A stretch of DNA of 58,932 nucleotides from Candidatus Woesearchaeota archaeon (GCA_964503975.1 CAZDCI010000002.1:1-58932); one strand, 5' to 3'; positions 9,520 through 19,593 are shown, counted from the stretch's first letter. Numbers and translations are program-made. The notes: generated from the letters alone by a model not told the origin.

Positions 9520-9905
9520 ATTAAGAGTCCTGCGACAACGAGTACCAAAGCCACTCCAAAGTAATAAATCAGGTATGATTTTTCAACTTTTAAAGTTAAT
9601 TGTTTAAAATCACCACTTTTGTAGGATATGCTTTCATTAGTGTAAATTCCGTCGACATAAAAGCTAGCCTCTTGCCCTTCTTCAAGTTTTTGCAGGAGCA
9701 TAGAGAACTTACCCTCTTCACTTACTTCAGAATCTGCAATTTTTTCACCGTTTAACATAGCAGTAATTTCTGTGCCAACTTCTGCAGGCCGGTCATTAAT
9801 CGAAACATTTCCTGAAACGATCATTGGAAGCTGCGGCGGGGCTGCTGAAACAATTCCTAAAAAAATCATTAAGAAGAGAAACAAAAAAATAGGAAGGACT
9901 TTCAT
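9480..9905 (-). CDS. Small secreted, C-terminally anchored surface protein
   Basis: Signal peptide ending VSA, module APPQLPMIVSGNVSINDRPAEVGTEIT, and a C-terminal TM helix with poly-Lys tail. Overlaps the downstream gene by 40 nt. Confidence 0.7.
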   Translation of the reverse strand: MKVLPIFLFLFLMIFLGIVSAAPPQLPMIVSGNVSINDRPAEVGTEITAMLNGEKIADSEVSEEGKFSMLLQKLEEGQEASFYVDGIYTNESISYKSGDFKQLTLKVEKSYLIYYFGVALVLVVAGLLIWKRKLILKRKKK

Positions 9906-9913
9906 TTTACCTC

Positions 9914-12900
9914 CTATTTATCTACATAAACCCAATATCCTTCTCCAGGAATCATCGTACTATTTGCACTCATAGAGTTAAAACTATCAGTTGTTTCATT
10001 GTAGTTTATTACATAGAAAACAGGCAAATTCTCATTAGGAAATATGTCTGAGCTGAATGCAGAGCTTACATTCATCGCTTCAGTAGATGTTAATCCTATT
10101 AAATTCCAGCTATTCTCTAAAGCATCAATATTTATTTTTCCTGAAGGAAGGCACAAAGGTCCTGTACAATCTCCTGCATAATCTATACCAAACTGAGATT
10201 CAGGTGAACTATTAACCCAGTAACCTACACTTGGTTCTATCGTTGTTGGATTTTTCCATTTATTTTCTGGGTCTGTTTCGGTAGGATCATAATACCACAT
10301 TTCATTTTCTGGAGCTGAATCATCAACCAACTCTTTCGGAACAGAAACCAAATTCCATGTTGAATCCAAATTCCAGATTAAGTCGTTTACTGTTATTGTG
10401 TAACTTCCAGATTCTGGATCTCTTTCCTCATTTCCTGCATTGTCTTCAGCAGTTATATAATAAGTTACTGTTCCTTTTGAAGTTGAGGCAGGAATTGTAA
10501 ATTTATAGGAATCCCCGTCGATTATTGGACTGCTGTTTGTTTCTTCAGCAGCTTCATTTACAGAATAATGTAATGTTGCAGTTGAGCTATCAACACCACT
10601 TCCTTCATCAGTTATTGTTGCTGTTACACTTATTGAATCATCTATCGCAACACTGAAGTCACTCAATCCTGTTATTTGTGGAAGTTGTGTGTCGAGAGTT
10701 ATGTCATCTGAAAATTGGGCTACATTTCCTGCATCATCTCTGATTTCAAGGCTAACGGTCTTACTCCCGTCTCCGGATATTAATGTCCATGTCTTTGTCG
10801 CCGTGCAAGATTCCCATGGACTCCATGTGCTTGCATCGTTGCTAAATCTACATTCTAAATTATCATCTAAGTTATCATCAGAATCCAACGTTAAAGTCAC
10901 AGAATCAGATTCTGTATAAGCATCTCCACTGTTTACCGAAATGCTTCCTGTAGGGTCTGTAAAGTCAATTGAGAAGGTTCTTTCAACCATTCCAGAATCT
11001 CCATCATTTATTGAATTATCATTTCCAGAATTATCAATTGCCCATACTTCTATTTTACACGCATTTTCTCCTTCTGTCTCACAATAATTTGACGAATCAG
11101 AACCGACTAGTAGATTAAGTGGTTGTGAACAATCCCTATCTCCTTTGTTTTTTGTAACACTCCAATCATCTCCATTAAGACTTCTAACTCTCCATCTACA
11201 TTTTTGCAATCCTGCTCCATCAGTATCTTCATCTGTTATACTTACTTCAAGACTTGGAGTTGAATGCCAAGAACCTTCCGCGGGAGAAATTACCGTTGAT
11301 GTTGGAGAGTCATGGTCTAAATTTACATCTGCATCATAGGCCCATGGAGTATAATCAACATCCCCTTCAAACATTGAATCTGTTACAGAAGTTGTTCCCC
11401 ACCAGTTGTCTGTTGCGTTTAATGTGCCTGTGCCTGTACCCATTGTTGTCCTGAATATTCCATATTCATTATTATTTTTGATTGTATTATAATTTATACT
11501 TGGATATTCATTCCATGAAACAAATCCATAAGCATTGTCATGAACATTATTATCTTGTATTGTTGTTAAACTGCCAGCTTCAATATCAATACCTACATCA
11601 TTAGCATGAACCTCATTATATGATATGTCTAAATCAGCTGTAGTATCCATAATCAAAATTCCTGAACCAGTATCAGCGTTATCGTATCCTTTACCATCAT
11701 AACCTTCCCAAGAGCAACCACTAATTTTATTATCACTGATAGTTCCTGTAATACCTATGGCAGGAGGATAACCACTACCAAGAAGATAACCAATTTGTAT
11801 TCCGTTCGGTGCAATACTGTGATCTATTGTAGTAATAGTATTTCCTTCAATTTGAACAGAAGTGGCATAATAAACAACTATTCCACCCTTACCAAATTTA
11901 TCAATTATGTTATCTAAAATCTCAATATCTCCACCATTATCTATCCAAATACCTGAACTCTTTTGTCCTCCAATATTGATGTTTTTAATTATATTATTTT
12001 GAATAATTCCATCACTATTAGAATAATAAATAGCTCTAAAATATGTTCCACTAATACTATTAGCGTCAATGGTTAACCCACCAATAGTTATAGCTGTCGA
12101 GTCTACAACATCAACAAAAACCTGGTAATCATTGGTATCTACAGTATGTATAACTGGATTTCCTGATATTATAGCACCTTCCTCTCCTACAATTTCTAAA
12201 TTATCTTTTCCTTCAATTTTGAATCCATCATATCCTCCAGCAGCAACATTAATCGTTGCTCCTACAGAAGCATTATCAATAGCTGCCTGAACGCTCATAC
12301 CATCTTCAACATAATAATTATTTGTAGAAACTTCTTCAATATATCTTCCTTCTCCTGTTAAGTGTCCGTATGAAACAATTTGACCTGCTGTTTTAGCATT
12401 ATCTAATGTATCAAAAAACAATACTCTTTCTGTTGGATCATCGTCTTGTATTCCATGTAAGGCAAATTCAAGACCGCTATTTCTAAGATCAACATCTACA
12501 GAACTGCCATCATTTGAATAATTTATAGTACTCCCTCCATTTTCTATTTCTAGATAAATTCCAACCCCTCCTAGAGCCAATTCACCGAAACTATTTGTTC
12601 CAGAGAAAGTAATTCCTGTAGTGATTGGATCTGAATAATCACCATCAGTTGCTAAGGCAATTCCTCCCCAGAGGTTATTATTAGTTGTGATCTCTGAAAA
12701 AGCTATATTTTGTGTATTCTTAACAAAAAATCCTGCTCCCCCATTATCAATAACTTCTAAATTTGAAAGAGTTATGCCATTAGAATTAATTATATCAAAC
12801 CCTTGTCCTTTTGAATATCCTTCTGTATTCACTATTCCTTCTATTTTTACATTAGAGACAGTTACTCCCGAAACTCCGCTTAGTTTAATTGCTCTTGTAA

Positions 12901-14326
12901 TTGTAGTTTCTCCAGTTCCTCCTGAAACAGTAAATCCTTGCAATGTTACATCATCAGCCAAAACACAGATTCCACTTAAAGGGGAACATCCGGATGCTCC
13001 ATCAACAGAACTTACATCAATTATTACATTATCTTTACTTTTCCCTATAATGGAAATATTTGTTTTTGAAGAATCAATTAATAAATCCTCTGTGTAAGTT
13101 CCTTCAGCAATACTAATTTCATCGTTTATATTTGCATAATCAATTGCATCCTGTATTGAATCAAAAATTGTAAATTCCACAGGTGTTGAGAATGCTTCAT
13201 TTCCTGCATCATCCTTTGCATAACCACAAACCCATGAATGAGTATTTATTATTACAGAATCTTCTATATTGTAATCACTTGGGGTTTCAGAACAAGATGA
13301 GGGTTCTGTTGTGTGAATTTCATATCCTTTCTCACTACAACCACTTATATCGTCTGTACAACTTATTGTTGCACTTGTTCCTGTTTTATCGACAATTAAA
13401 CCTGTGAGTGAACTTGTTACATCTACATTTGGAACTGTTGCATCTATCTTAATATTAGCAGTTTTATGAGCTTCTTCATTTCCCGCATTATCAACAGACC
13501 AATATTCTAAAATGTGTTCTCCATCAGTTGAAATTGTAATTGTGGCAGAGTATGTCTGTGTTGCCCCACCATTTATTTTATAATAAATTGTATTACATCC
13601 TGAACCACCTATATCAGAACAAGTTAATGTTACATCAACAGAACTTGTTTGCCATCCAGTTGGAGCATTGTCTGTTGTTTCTGGATCAATTGTATCAACA
13701 GTTGTAGAAGCTTCAGCATCTTCAGATTTAATTTCAACATTTCCTGCTAAATCAGTTGCGATTGTATAAAATTCATATTTCCCTTCGCTATCAGCAGCAA
13801 ATTCAATAGGAGAATTTGTAAATGTTCCATAAGATGTCCAAGAAGAACCCTCATCTTTACTATAATATAATTCAACTGAATCAGGATTTGCATCTGTTAT
13901 TGTAAAAGGAATATCAAATGTTGCAGTATTTTGATAATCATCTAAGGAATCAGCAAAGGAAGTTGGGAGGATATTATCAATAGTAAAAAAACCAGAAACA
14001 GCATCTGCGAAAGTATTTGGTTCATAAACATAGATCCTATATTCTTCTCCATTTTTTGCATCTGTATCCCAATTTTTTGAAGTCTCTCCTTCAGGAACCT
14101 GACCTAAAAAAGTCCAGCCAGTTCCATCATTAAATTCTATTCTTACAGGCCCATCAGGAGTTCCGACAAAAGACCATTCTATATTAATTGTTCCACTGTA
14201 GTAATTTCCTTCAACAGGATTAATCAGATTGATATCAGACGCAGCACTCACCATCCCAAAAACACCAACGAGAATTAGCACTGAAAACGCAAAGAGAATT
14301 AAACTTTTTTTCGAATCCATATGCAA
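9914..14326 (-). CDS. Giant secreted surface protein with right-handed parallel beta-helix (PbH1/NosD-like) repeats and Ig-like domains
   Basis: 1470-aa ORF with a signal peptide. Repeated motifs include NNIIKNINIGG, ILDNIIDKFGKGGIVVYY and NNVHDNAYGF, typical of beta-helix repeats. First gene of a four-gene minus-strand operon. Confidence 0.85.
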   Translation of the reverse strand: MHMDSKKSLILFAFSVLILVGVFGMVSAASDINLINPVEGNYYSGTINIEWSFVGTPDGPVRIEFNDGTGWTFLGQVPEGETSKNWDTDAKNGEEYRIYVYEPNTFADAVSGFFTIDNILPTSFADSLDDYQNTATFDIPFTITDANPDSVELYYSKDEGSSWTSYGTFTNSPIEFAADSEGKYEFYTIATDLAGNVEIKSEDAEASTTVDTIDPETTDNAPTGWQTSSVDVTLTCSDIGGSGCNTIYYKINGGATQTYSATITISTDGEHILEYWSVDNAGNEEAHKTANIKIDATVPNVDVTSSLTGLIVDKTGTSATISCTDDISGCSEKGYEIHTTEPSSCSETPSDYNIEDSVIINTHSWVCGYAKDDAGNEAFSTPVEFTIFDSIQDAIDYANINDEISIAEGTYTEDLLIDSSKTNISIIGKSKDNVIIDVSSVDGASGCSPLSGICVLADDVTLQGFTVSGGTGETTITRAIKLSGVSGVTVSNVKIEGIVNTEGYSKGQGFDIINSNGITLSNLEVIDNGGAGFFVKNTQNIAFSEITTNNNLWGGIALATDGDYSDPITTGITFSGTNSFGELALGGVGIYLEIENGGSTINYSNDGSSVDVDLRNSGLEFALHGIQDDDPTERVLFFDTLDNAKTAGQIVSYGHLTGEGRYIEEVSTNNYYVEDGMSVQAAIDNASVGATINVAAGGYDGFKIEGKDNLEIVGEEGAIISGNPVIHTVDTNDYQVFVDVVDSTAITIGGLTIDANSISGTYFRAIYYSNSDGIIQNNIIKNINIGGQKSSGIWIDNGGDIEILDNIIDKFGKGGIVVYYATSVQIEGNTITTIDHSIAPNGIQIGYLLGSGYPPAIGITGTISDNKISGCSWEGYDGKGYDNADTGSGILIMDTTADLDISYNEVHANDVGIDIEAGSLTTIQDNNVHDNAYGFVSWNEYPSINYNTIKNNNEYGIFRTTMGTGTGTLNATDNWWGTTSVTDSMFEGDVDYTPWAYDADVNLDHDSPTSTVISPAEGSWHSTPSLEVSITDEDTDGAGLQKCRWRVRSLNGDDWSVTKNKGDRDCSQPLNLLVGSDSSNYCETEGENACKIEVWAIDNSGNDNSINDGDSGMVERTFSIDFTDPTGSISVNSGDAYTESDSVTLTLDSDDNLDDNLECRFSNDASTWSPWESCTATKTWTLISGDGSKTVSLEIRDDAGNVAQFSDDITLDTQLPQITGLSDFSVAIDDSISVTATITDEGSGVDSSTATLHYSVNEAAEETNSSPIIDGDSYKFTIPASTSKGTVTYYITAEDNAGNEERDPESGSYTITVNDLIWNLDSTWNLVSVPKELVDDSAPENEMWYYDPTETDPENKWKNPTTIEPSVGYWVNSSPESQFGIDYAGDCTGPLCLPSGKINIDALENSWNLIGLTSTEAMNVSSAFSSDIFPNENLPVFYVINYNETTDSFNSMSANSTMIPGEGYWVYVDK

Positions 14327-14440
14327 TCAAACAAGTAAGTGTTATTTAAATATTTTTGTCTTGCAAAATATTCCTTGTAAGGATTGTTTTCGAGTAGTTA
14401 CTTTATGTGATTACTTTTGTTTGATGAAACTTTTGAAATT

Positions 14441-14656
14441 TCATTTCTTCTTTTTGTCTGAGTTATCTTCTCTGATAAAATAAAGTGTTCCTTTCACTGG
14501 GTTGGAGACCCACCAAACCAAAAAGATAGCTATAATAATTAACAGGATCTTTTCAACATATAAGGACAAGACAATTAATACGCTAATTCCAATTAGAATT
14601 CTTACAATTATTTCCATCACCAACCAAAAAATTTGGTGTTTTGCTTCTTTTCTCAT
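14441..14656 (-). CDS. Small membrane protein (two TM helices)
   Basis: 71-aa hydrophobic ORF that overlaps the upstream AbrB-like gene by 4 nt. Confidence 0.5.
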   Translation of the reverse strand: MRKEAKHQIFWLVMEIIVRILIGISVLIVLSLYVEKILLIIIAIFLVWWVSNPVKGTLYFIREDNSDKKKK

Positions 14657-14835
14657 CTTTCTCTCCGCAACTTCATCTCACCTTTCTTAGCCTCAACTTT
14701 TAATTTATCACCAGCCTTGAAACCTGATTTTTTGAGTTCTTTCTCGGGCAAGACTATTCTGTATTTATAGTATTGCTTATTTTTATATTTTCTTGACTTG
14801 ACTTTCTCTATCTTCATAAAGCTATACATTACCAC
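14653..14835 (-). CDS. AbrB/SpoVT-like small DNA-binding protein (antitoxin-like)
   Basis: YRIVLPEKELKKSGFKAGDKLKVEAKKGEMKL matches the swapped-hairpin AbrB/MazE pattern. The true start may be an internal Met. Confidence 0.5.
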   Translation of the reverse strand: MVMYSFMKIEKVKSRKYKNKQYYKYRIVLPEKELKKSGFKAGDKLKVEAKKGEMKLRRER

Positions 14836-15359
14836 TAATTTATAAATATTTAGGGGACGAAAGGTTTATATAGTTTAGGGGGCTAAATACCATATGGCTT
14901 TTTGTTACCATGAGGAAGCGTTTGTATTGGGCGCATTTAGTATGTATATAATAGTCGTTGTATATGAGTTTTTTTGGGATGTGGTTGAAAAATGGATAAA
15001 AGAATGGAATTTATTTTCATAATATTTTTATAGAAGATAGATATTTTTATTGTTATGGTAAAAAACAAAAGAACAAAAAGAAATTTTGTGGATAGAGGAG
15101 AGCACGGATATAATATACTGAAGAGGGTTTGTTTTAGCCATTCAGATATATATTATATTTGAAGGAATTTCGATTATAAGAAATTATCTTGTTAACAGGA
15201 ATTTTGATTCTTGGCAATTAGGTATCTGGCTTGTTATTCTTATCTTATGGTGGATTGGAGAAATGATGACAGACAAAATATATCTAAAAAAGCCCAAAAG
15301 AGAATAAAAATATAATTTTTTTCAGAAAACCATAAAAATATCAGATTTCTTTATCAATC

Positions 15360-16601
15360 ATGACAAATTGTTCTTATTGTGGAGAACATATCAAAGATTT
15401 ATCTTTTGGATGTAGATATTGTAATGGAAGATATTGTGATAAACATAGATTACCTGAAGACCATAATTGTCCCGGATTGAAAAAACATAAGGAAAAGAAT
15501 AAAGATAAATGGGAAAAGGCAGTTAAAGGGAAAAGAAAGAAACACAAAACATACAGAAAAAAACATTCTAATCATAAAGATAAAAAACTTATTAAGAATA
15601 AAATATCTAGGTGGTTAAATAGAAGAGAGCATAGAAGATACAATTTTGATAGGAGATTAAACTACATTTTAGGAATGATCATACCTTTAGCAATTGCAAT
15701 AGTTGCTTATGCTATTTTCTATTCAAATGCTGAAAGGCTTAACGAAATTAATTTCTGGATTTTTAAGCTAGGAGGAATCTTGATTCTTGTTTCTGTGTTT
15801 TTCATCATAAAATATGGAATAAGATTAATTAAAGAAGCAACCAATTTCTTAAAAAGGCAAAGGAATTGGTTGAAATACCTCATAATTATTTTAGTAATTT
15901 TACTTCTTTGGCAAGGATATGTTCATAAAAGCACAGCGTTAAATCCTGTTTTTGATTTTTATGAAGAAACTAACTTTAGTTTGTATTCTCCAATTAGTTT
16001 AGGAAATTTTAGTTTTGAAAGTAATTCTGAAGATTCTGATGACCAATCTAATCCAAGCATAAGCAACGATAATTCTTTTCTTTCAAGTGTTAGTAAATTT
16101 TTCAAATCTGAACCAGAACGCAAAGAAGAGTGCATGATTACTTTTGATGAATTAAATTTAGTAAGAAAAAAATATGATGGGCCACAAATAAATTGGGATG
16201 ATAGGGCCTACAATCTTGCAATTTCAAGAGCTAAAGATATGTATGAAAGAAATTATTTTGATCATGTTACACCAGAAGGAAAATGCGCAGATGATTTTAA
16301 GAAAGATTATGGTTTTAGAAATTCTGAATTTCTAGCAGAGAATGTTGGAGGGATGAGTTATTATAGTAAGGGAGATGTGGCAGGCGATTGTGACGAGGCC
16401 TTAGAGGGATGGTTAAATAGTAGGGGACACAGGTATAATCTACTCTATACGACACATAAATCTGGTGCTATAGGTTGTTATTATGAAATTTGTGTTTTCT
16501 TTGGAGTTAATAATGATGGTTTTGGAGCAAAACCATGTACAACAGGCGAAGAGGGTCTGGCGTTTTGGGAGAACATACCAAAGCAACCAGGAGAAGTGTA
16601 A
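15360..16601 (+). CDS. AN1-type zinc finger - TM segments - CAP/SCP/PR-1-like domain fusion protein
   Basis: N-terminus CSYCGEHIKDLSFGCRYCNGRYCDKHRLPEDHNCPG is AN1 zinc-finger-like. It is followed by 3-4 TM helices. C-terminus (YNLAISRAKDMYERNYFDHVTPEG ... WLNSRGHRYNLL) is CAP/YkwD-like. Confidence 0.7.
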   Translation: MTNCSYCGEHIKDLSFGCRYCNGRYCDKHRLPEDHNCPGLKKHKEKNKDKWEKAVKGKRKKHKTYRKKHSNHKDKKLIKNKISRWLNRREHRRYNFDRRLNYILGMIIPLAIAIVAYAIFYSNAERLNEINFWIFKLGGILILVSVFFIIKYGIRLIKEATNFLKRQRNWLKYLIIILVILLLWQGYVHKSTALNPVFDFYEETNFSLYSPISLGNFSFESNSEDSDDQSNPSISNDNSFLSSVSKFFKSEPERKEECMITFDELNLVRKKYDGPQINWDDRAYNLAISRAKDMYERNYFDHVTPEGKCADDFKKDYGFRNSEFLAENVGGMSYYSKGDVAGDCDEALEGWLNSRGHRYNLLYTTHKSGAIGCYYEICVFFGVNNDGFGAKPCTTGEEGLAFWENIPKQPGEV

Positions 16602-16816
16602 AAATAAACGCTTTATTTAAAAAGATAAAAAAACATATTAGAAAATGTTAAATAAAGATATGCAAAATATTTTGTCCATTTTGACAATTATTTTGGTAAT
16701 CTATTTGTTATCTAGGATTCTTGTTTAGATAACAGAGGTGTATTTCCTACCTAAAAAGAAAAGGAAAATTAAGGGTTCCGGGGTAATACTCATTGAACAA
16801 TCCAGGCCCTTCAACC

Positions 16817-16855
16817 TCAAAACCCAACCAACTTCTGCTTTCCGGTTTTCAACAC
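16817..16855 (-). repeat. hisS 3'-end-derived direct repeat, copy F (most distal)
   Basis: Minus strand reads VLKTGKQKLVGF-stop, against the hisS tail ASGKEKLVGL-stop. Core is CCCAACCAACTTCTGCTTTCC. Confidence 0.7.
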
Positions 16856-16894
16856 AAAGAAAATCTTTAAGTATTTATTTTTGCTTGGAAATAA

Positions 16895-17692
16895 ATGAAG
16901 GCTGAGCAAAAAGAAAAGAGATTAAGGGAATTTGCCGAATCTGTCTTGAAATATCCTGAAAGTAGAGAAGAGATAAGACAGGTTTTATCTGTGTTAAATC
17001 TCAGCGAGGAAGAGGTAATAGAGGCATACATTAATTACGATATGGATGTTTTTTCATACGAAAATGAGATTTATGAACCTTTGAAGATGAGGGCTGTATT
17101 GTATATGCATTATCTTTTGAAAGGAAGCTGGCACCAAGACAGGCAGAATTCCATTCTTAAGCTGGTGAAAAAAATAAGTCCTGACTCTATTGTTGATATG
17201 GGATTCGGGGCTCCTACAAAATATATTAAAAAATATATTTTCAAAAACAAAACTAAGCTTGTTCTTGTGGACTTATATGAATCTGCATTTAAATTTAGTG
17301 AATCTTTGTTTGAACTTTGGGAGCCTTCATGGAGAGAATTTATTTCTTTCAGGAAATTAAATATGAATACTCATGAATACCCTGGAGATTTTGAGTGTTA
17401 TATCTTTCAGGATTCAATAGAACATGTTAAAGAAGCTGGAAGATACCTGACTAAGGTTGTTGATTTGTCTCCGAAAAATGCAAAGTTTATCCTTTCTTTG
17501 CCGATTGGACCTTTAGTTCCTGCCCATACAATTTCATGGAACACTAAAGAAGAAGCAGTAGAATGGTTGAATAAGTGCGGATTGAAAGTTTTAGAGTTAG
17601 ATAAAGTGTACATAAATCCAAAAGTTGATTTGTTTGCAGAAAAATTAAACAGGGAGTTTTATAACCTAATTGTCCTTTGTTCAAAGTTATAA
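16895..17692 (+). CDS. Putative class I SAM-dependent methyltransferase
   Basis: Motif I-like IVDMGFGAPT, acidic beta-2 end LVLVDLYES and motif-II-like YIFQDSIEHV. The assignment is tentative. Confidence 0.5.
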   Translation: MKAEQKEKRLREFAESVLKYPESREEIRQVLSVLNLSEEEVIEAYINYDMDVFSYENEIYEPLKMRAVLYMHYLLKGSWHQDRQNSILKLVKKISPDSIVDMGFGAPTKYIKKYIFKNKTKLVLVDLYESAFKFSESLFELWEPSWREFISFRKLNMNTHEYPGDFECYIFQDSIEHVKEAGRYLTKVVDLSPKNAKFILSLPIGPLVPAHTISWNTKEEAVEWLNKCGLKVLELDKVYINPKVDLFAEKLNREFYNLIVLCSKL

Positions 17693-17705
17693 TCCTCCTA
17701 AACCC

Positions 17706-17732
17706 CTACCCCAACCAACTTTTCCTCCCCGG
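17706..17732 (-). repeat. hisS 3'-end-derived direct repeat, copy G (frameshifted)
   Basis: Minus strand reads CCGGGGAGGAAAAGTTGGTTGGGGTAG, against hisS TCAGGGAAGGAGAAGTTGGTTGGGCTTTGA. Confidence 0.6.
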
Positions 17733-17749
17733 AATCTGTCTAAAAAACC

Positions 17750-18292
17750 TCACACCAAGATTTTCAACAAGTCGGATTTTGCAATTAAGCCGACAGCTTT
17801 TCCTTTCTCTGAAACTAAGACAACAGGAAAATGTTTAAGAAGAGACGTTATGACCAATATGTTTGTATCTTTTGATATCAAAGGAGGACTTTTAGTCATT
17901 AAATCTTCAACTTTTAAACCCTCAACGCTTTCTAACTTTTTTCCCAGTATATCTGATTCCGTTACCAAACCAATTACTTTCTCTTTTTCTATAACAGGCA
18001 ATTGAGAAATAGCGTATTTGTTCATTAAACTTACCACCTTTTTCATATTATCTTTTGGCTTAACAGAAATAATCTTTTTTATCATAATATCTTTAGCTTC
18101 TTTTTCTTTATGTTTAGTTAGGGAATTTATAGCATCTTCTATTTTCTTTACATACGAATAAGTTGGATCAAGTTTTCCGGATTCTATTTTTGCCACCATT
18201 GACTGACTTATTCCTATTTCTTTCGCAAGCTGATGTTGTGTCAAATCCAACTGTTTCCTAATCTTTCTCAGTTGTGCGACGTCAAAAATCAT
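17750..18292 (-). CDS. Transcriptional regulator, XRE-type HTH plus CBS domain pair
   Basis: The HTH_3 signature LTQHQLAKEIGISQSMVAKIESGK is followed by two CBS-like repeats. Confidence 0.8.
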   Translation of the reverse strand: MIFDVAQLRKIRKQLDLTQHQLAKEIGISQSMVAKIESGKLDPTYSYVKKIEDAINSLTKHKEKEAKDIMIKKIISVKPKDNMKKVVSLMNKYAISQLPVIEKEKVIGLVTESDILGKKLESVEGLKVEDLMTKSPPLISKDTNILVITSLLKHFPVVLVSEKGKAVGLIAKSDLLKILV

Positions 18293-18449
18293 AATTTAAT
18301 CAAAGATACGGGATTTATAAATATTCCTATAAGAATATTTTTGTCAGAAGATTATTTAAAGGGAAGCAGGGGTTTAAGAGAGATGACAGAAGACAAATTA
18401 GCCGAAAAGCAAGAAATCAGCTATTGTATACAGCAAACTAAACAATAAA

Positions 18450-18836
18450 ATGGCAAAAGAAAGAATCCCAAGACGTGATTTTTTAGCGTCTGTTTTAAGT
18501 GTAGGATTAAGTGGAACTGTATTAAGACGCAGTGCTTTAGAAGGTAAAGCCCTTGAAGAAGCAGAGTCAAAAGAGACAGAGGCACCAACCCAAGAATATC
18601 AGTGGAGACCCCACCTTCATTCTTATCTTGAAGAGGAGCTTCGCAGATTGAAATTTCAGAGCAGAGAAGACCTTGGATTAGCAATAGATCTTCTTTGGAA
18701 TGACAAAAGGCTAAGAGGGGTCCCATGGGACAGTCCCAATCATAAGGACATTGTCTTACCCAAAGAAGCAATTGAATATCTGGATGCAGAAGGGGTTAAA
18801 TTTAGAGTATATAAAAAATTAGGGAGGAAATATTAA
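18450..18836 (+). CDS. Hypothetical exported protein with twin-arginine-like signal peptide
   Basis: N-terminus is MAKERIPRRDFLASVLSVGLSGTVL (RRxFL plus an h-region). Confidence 0.55.
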   Translation: MAKERIPRRDFLASVLSVGLSGTVLRRSALEGKALEEAESKETEAPTQEYQWRPHLHSYLEEELRRLKFQSREDLGLAIDLLWNDKRLRGVPWDSPNHKDIVLPKEAIEYLDAEGVKFRVYKKLGRKY

Positions 18837-18849
18837 AACTAATAATAGA

Positions 18850-19572
18850 ATGACAACAGAAGAAGTTTCTTTTGAAGAAATACTTGGTTTAGCAGAGAGA
18901 GTTGAAGGAATTAAACTTTACAAGGTATCTCAAGAAAGGAAAAGTATATTTAAAGGTGATAAAGAAATTAAGGCCGTTTTAGATGGTGGTGATTCCCTGT
19001 ATCATTGGTTTGAAGATTTCTTTTATTATTTATATGAAGTTTCCAAGGAAGTTTTTTTTGACGGAGACAGGCATCCTTATTGGATAGCTTCTTTTGATGA
19101 GGAGTCTTTCAGACTGTATGATGGCTTGTTCTTAGGACGTTTTGGATGTGGCGGCTGGGGAAGATATTTATATGCTATGGGCAAGGCAAAGGAAAGTTTG
19201 TTTAATTCAGGAGAACATGATGATGTATTTATCCGGTATGAAGAATTTTATGAAAGATTCGAAAAGTGTTTGTCTCAAAGAGACAGGTTTGTTGCAGATA
19301 GAATCAGAGAACAGTTTGGAATTGAACCAAAAAATGGTTTGATTTTAGATGGCGAAGATTTAGTAAAATACTCTTCCTATGAAGAAGAGGGAGAAAACAA
19401 AGAGAATTTAATTTTTTGGCAGTGGTTCAGGGACCATTTTATTGACGAAGCAGAGTATGAGAAAAAAATGGAATTCATCACAAAAATTAATCACAGGGAA
19501 GCTTTTGATAGACACATTGAAGGTAAAATCAGAAGATTAGAGGATATTGGTTTTAGGAGGGCTTCAAATTAA
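18850..19572 (+). CDS. Hypothetical protein
   Basis: 240-aa ORF with no recognised motif. Confidence 0.5.
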   Translation: MTTEEVSFEEILGLAERVEGIKLYKVSQERKSIFKGDKEIKAVLDGGDSLYHWFEDFFYYLYEVSKEVFFDGDRHPYWIASFDEESFRLYDGLFLGRFGCGGWGRYLYAMGKAKESLFNSGEHDDVFIRYEEFYERFEKCLSQRDRFVADRIREQFGIEPKNGLILDGEDLVKYSSYEEEGENKENLIFWQWFRDHFIDEAEYEKKMEFITKINHREAFDRHIEGKIRRLEDIGFRRASN

Positions 19573-19593
19573 ATTGTTTTTTATTGATAAAAA

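Noticed and set aside
14880-15359. About 480 bp without long ORFs upstream of the AN1-CAP gene, considered as a possible ncRNA or degraded element
   Set aside because: Only short hydrophobic mini-ORFs were seen. I found no repeats, stable long hairpins or recognisable RNA motifs.
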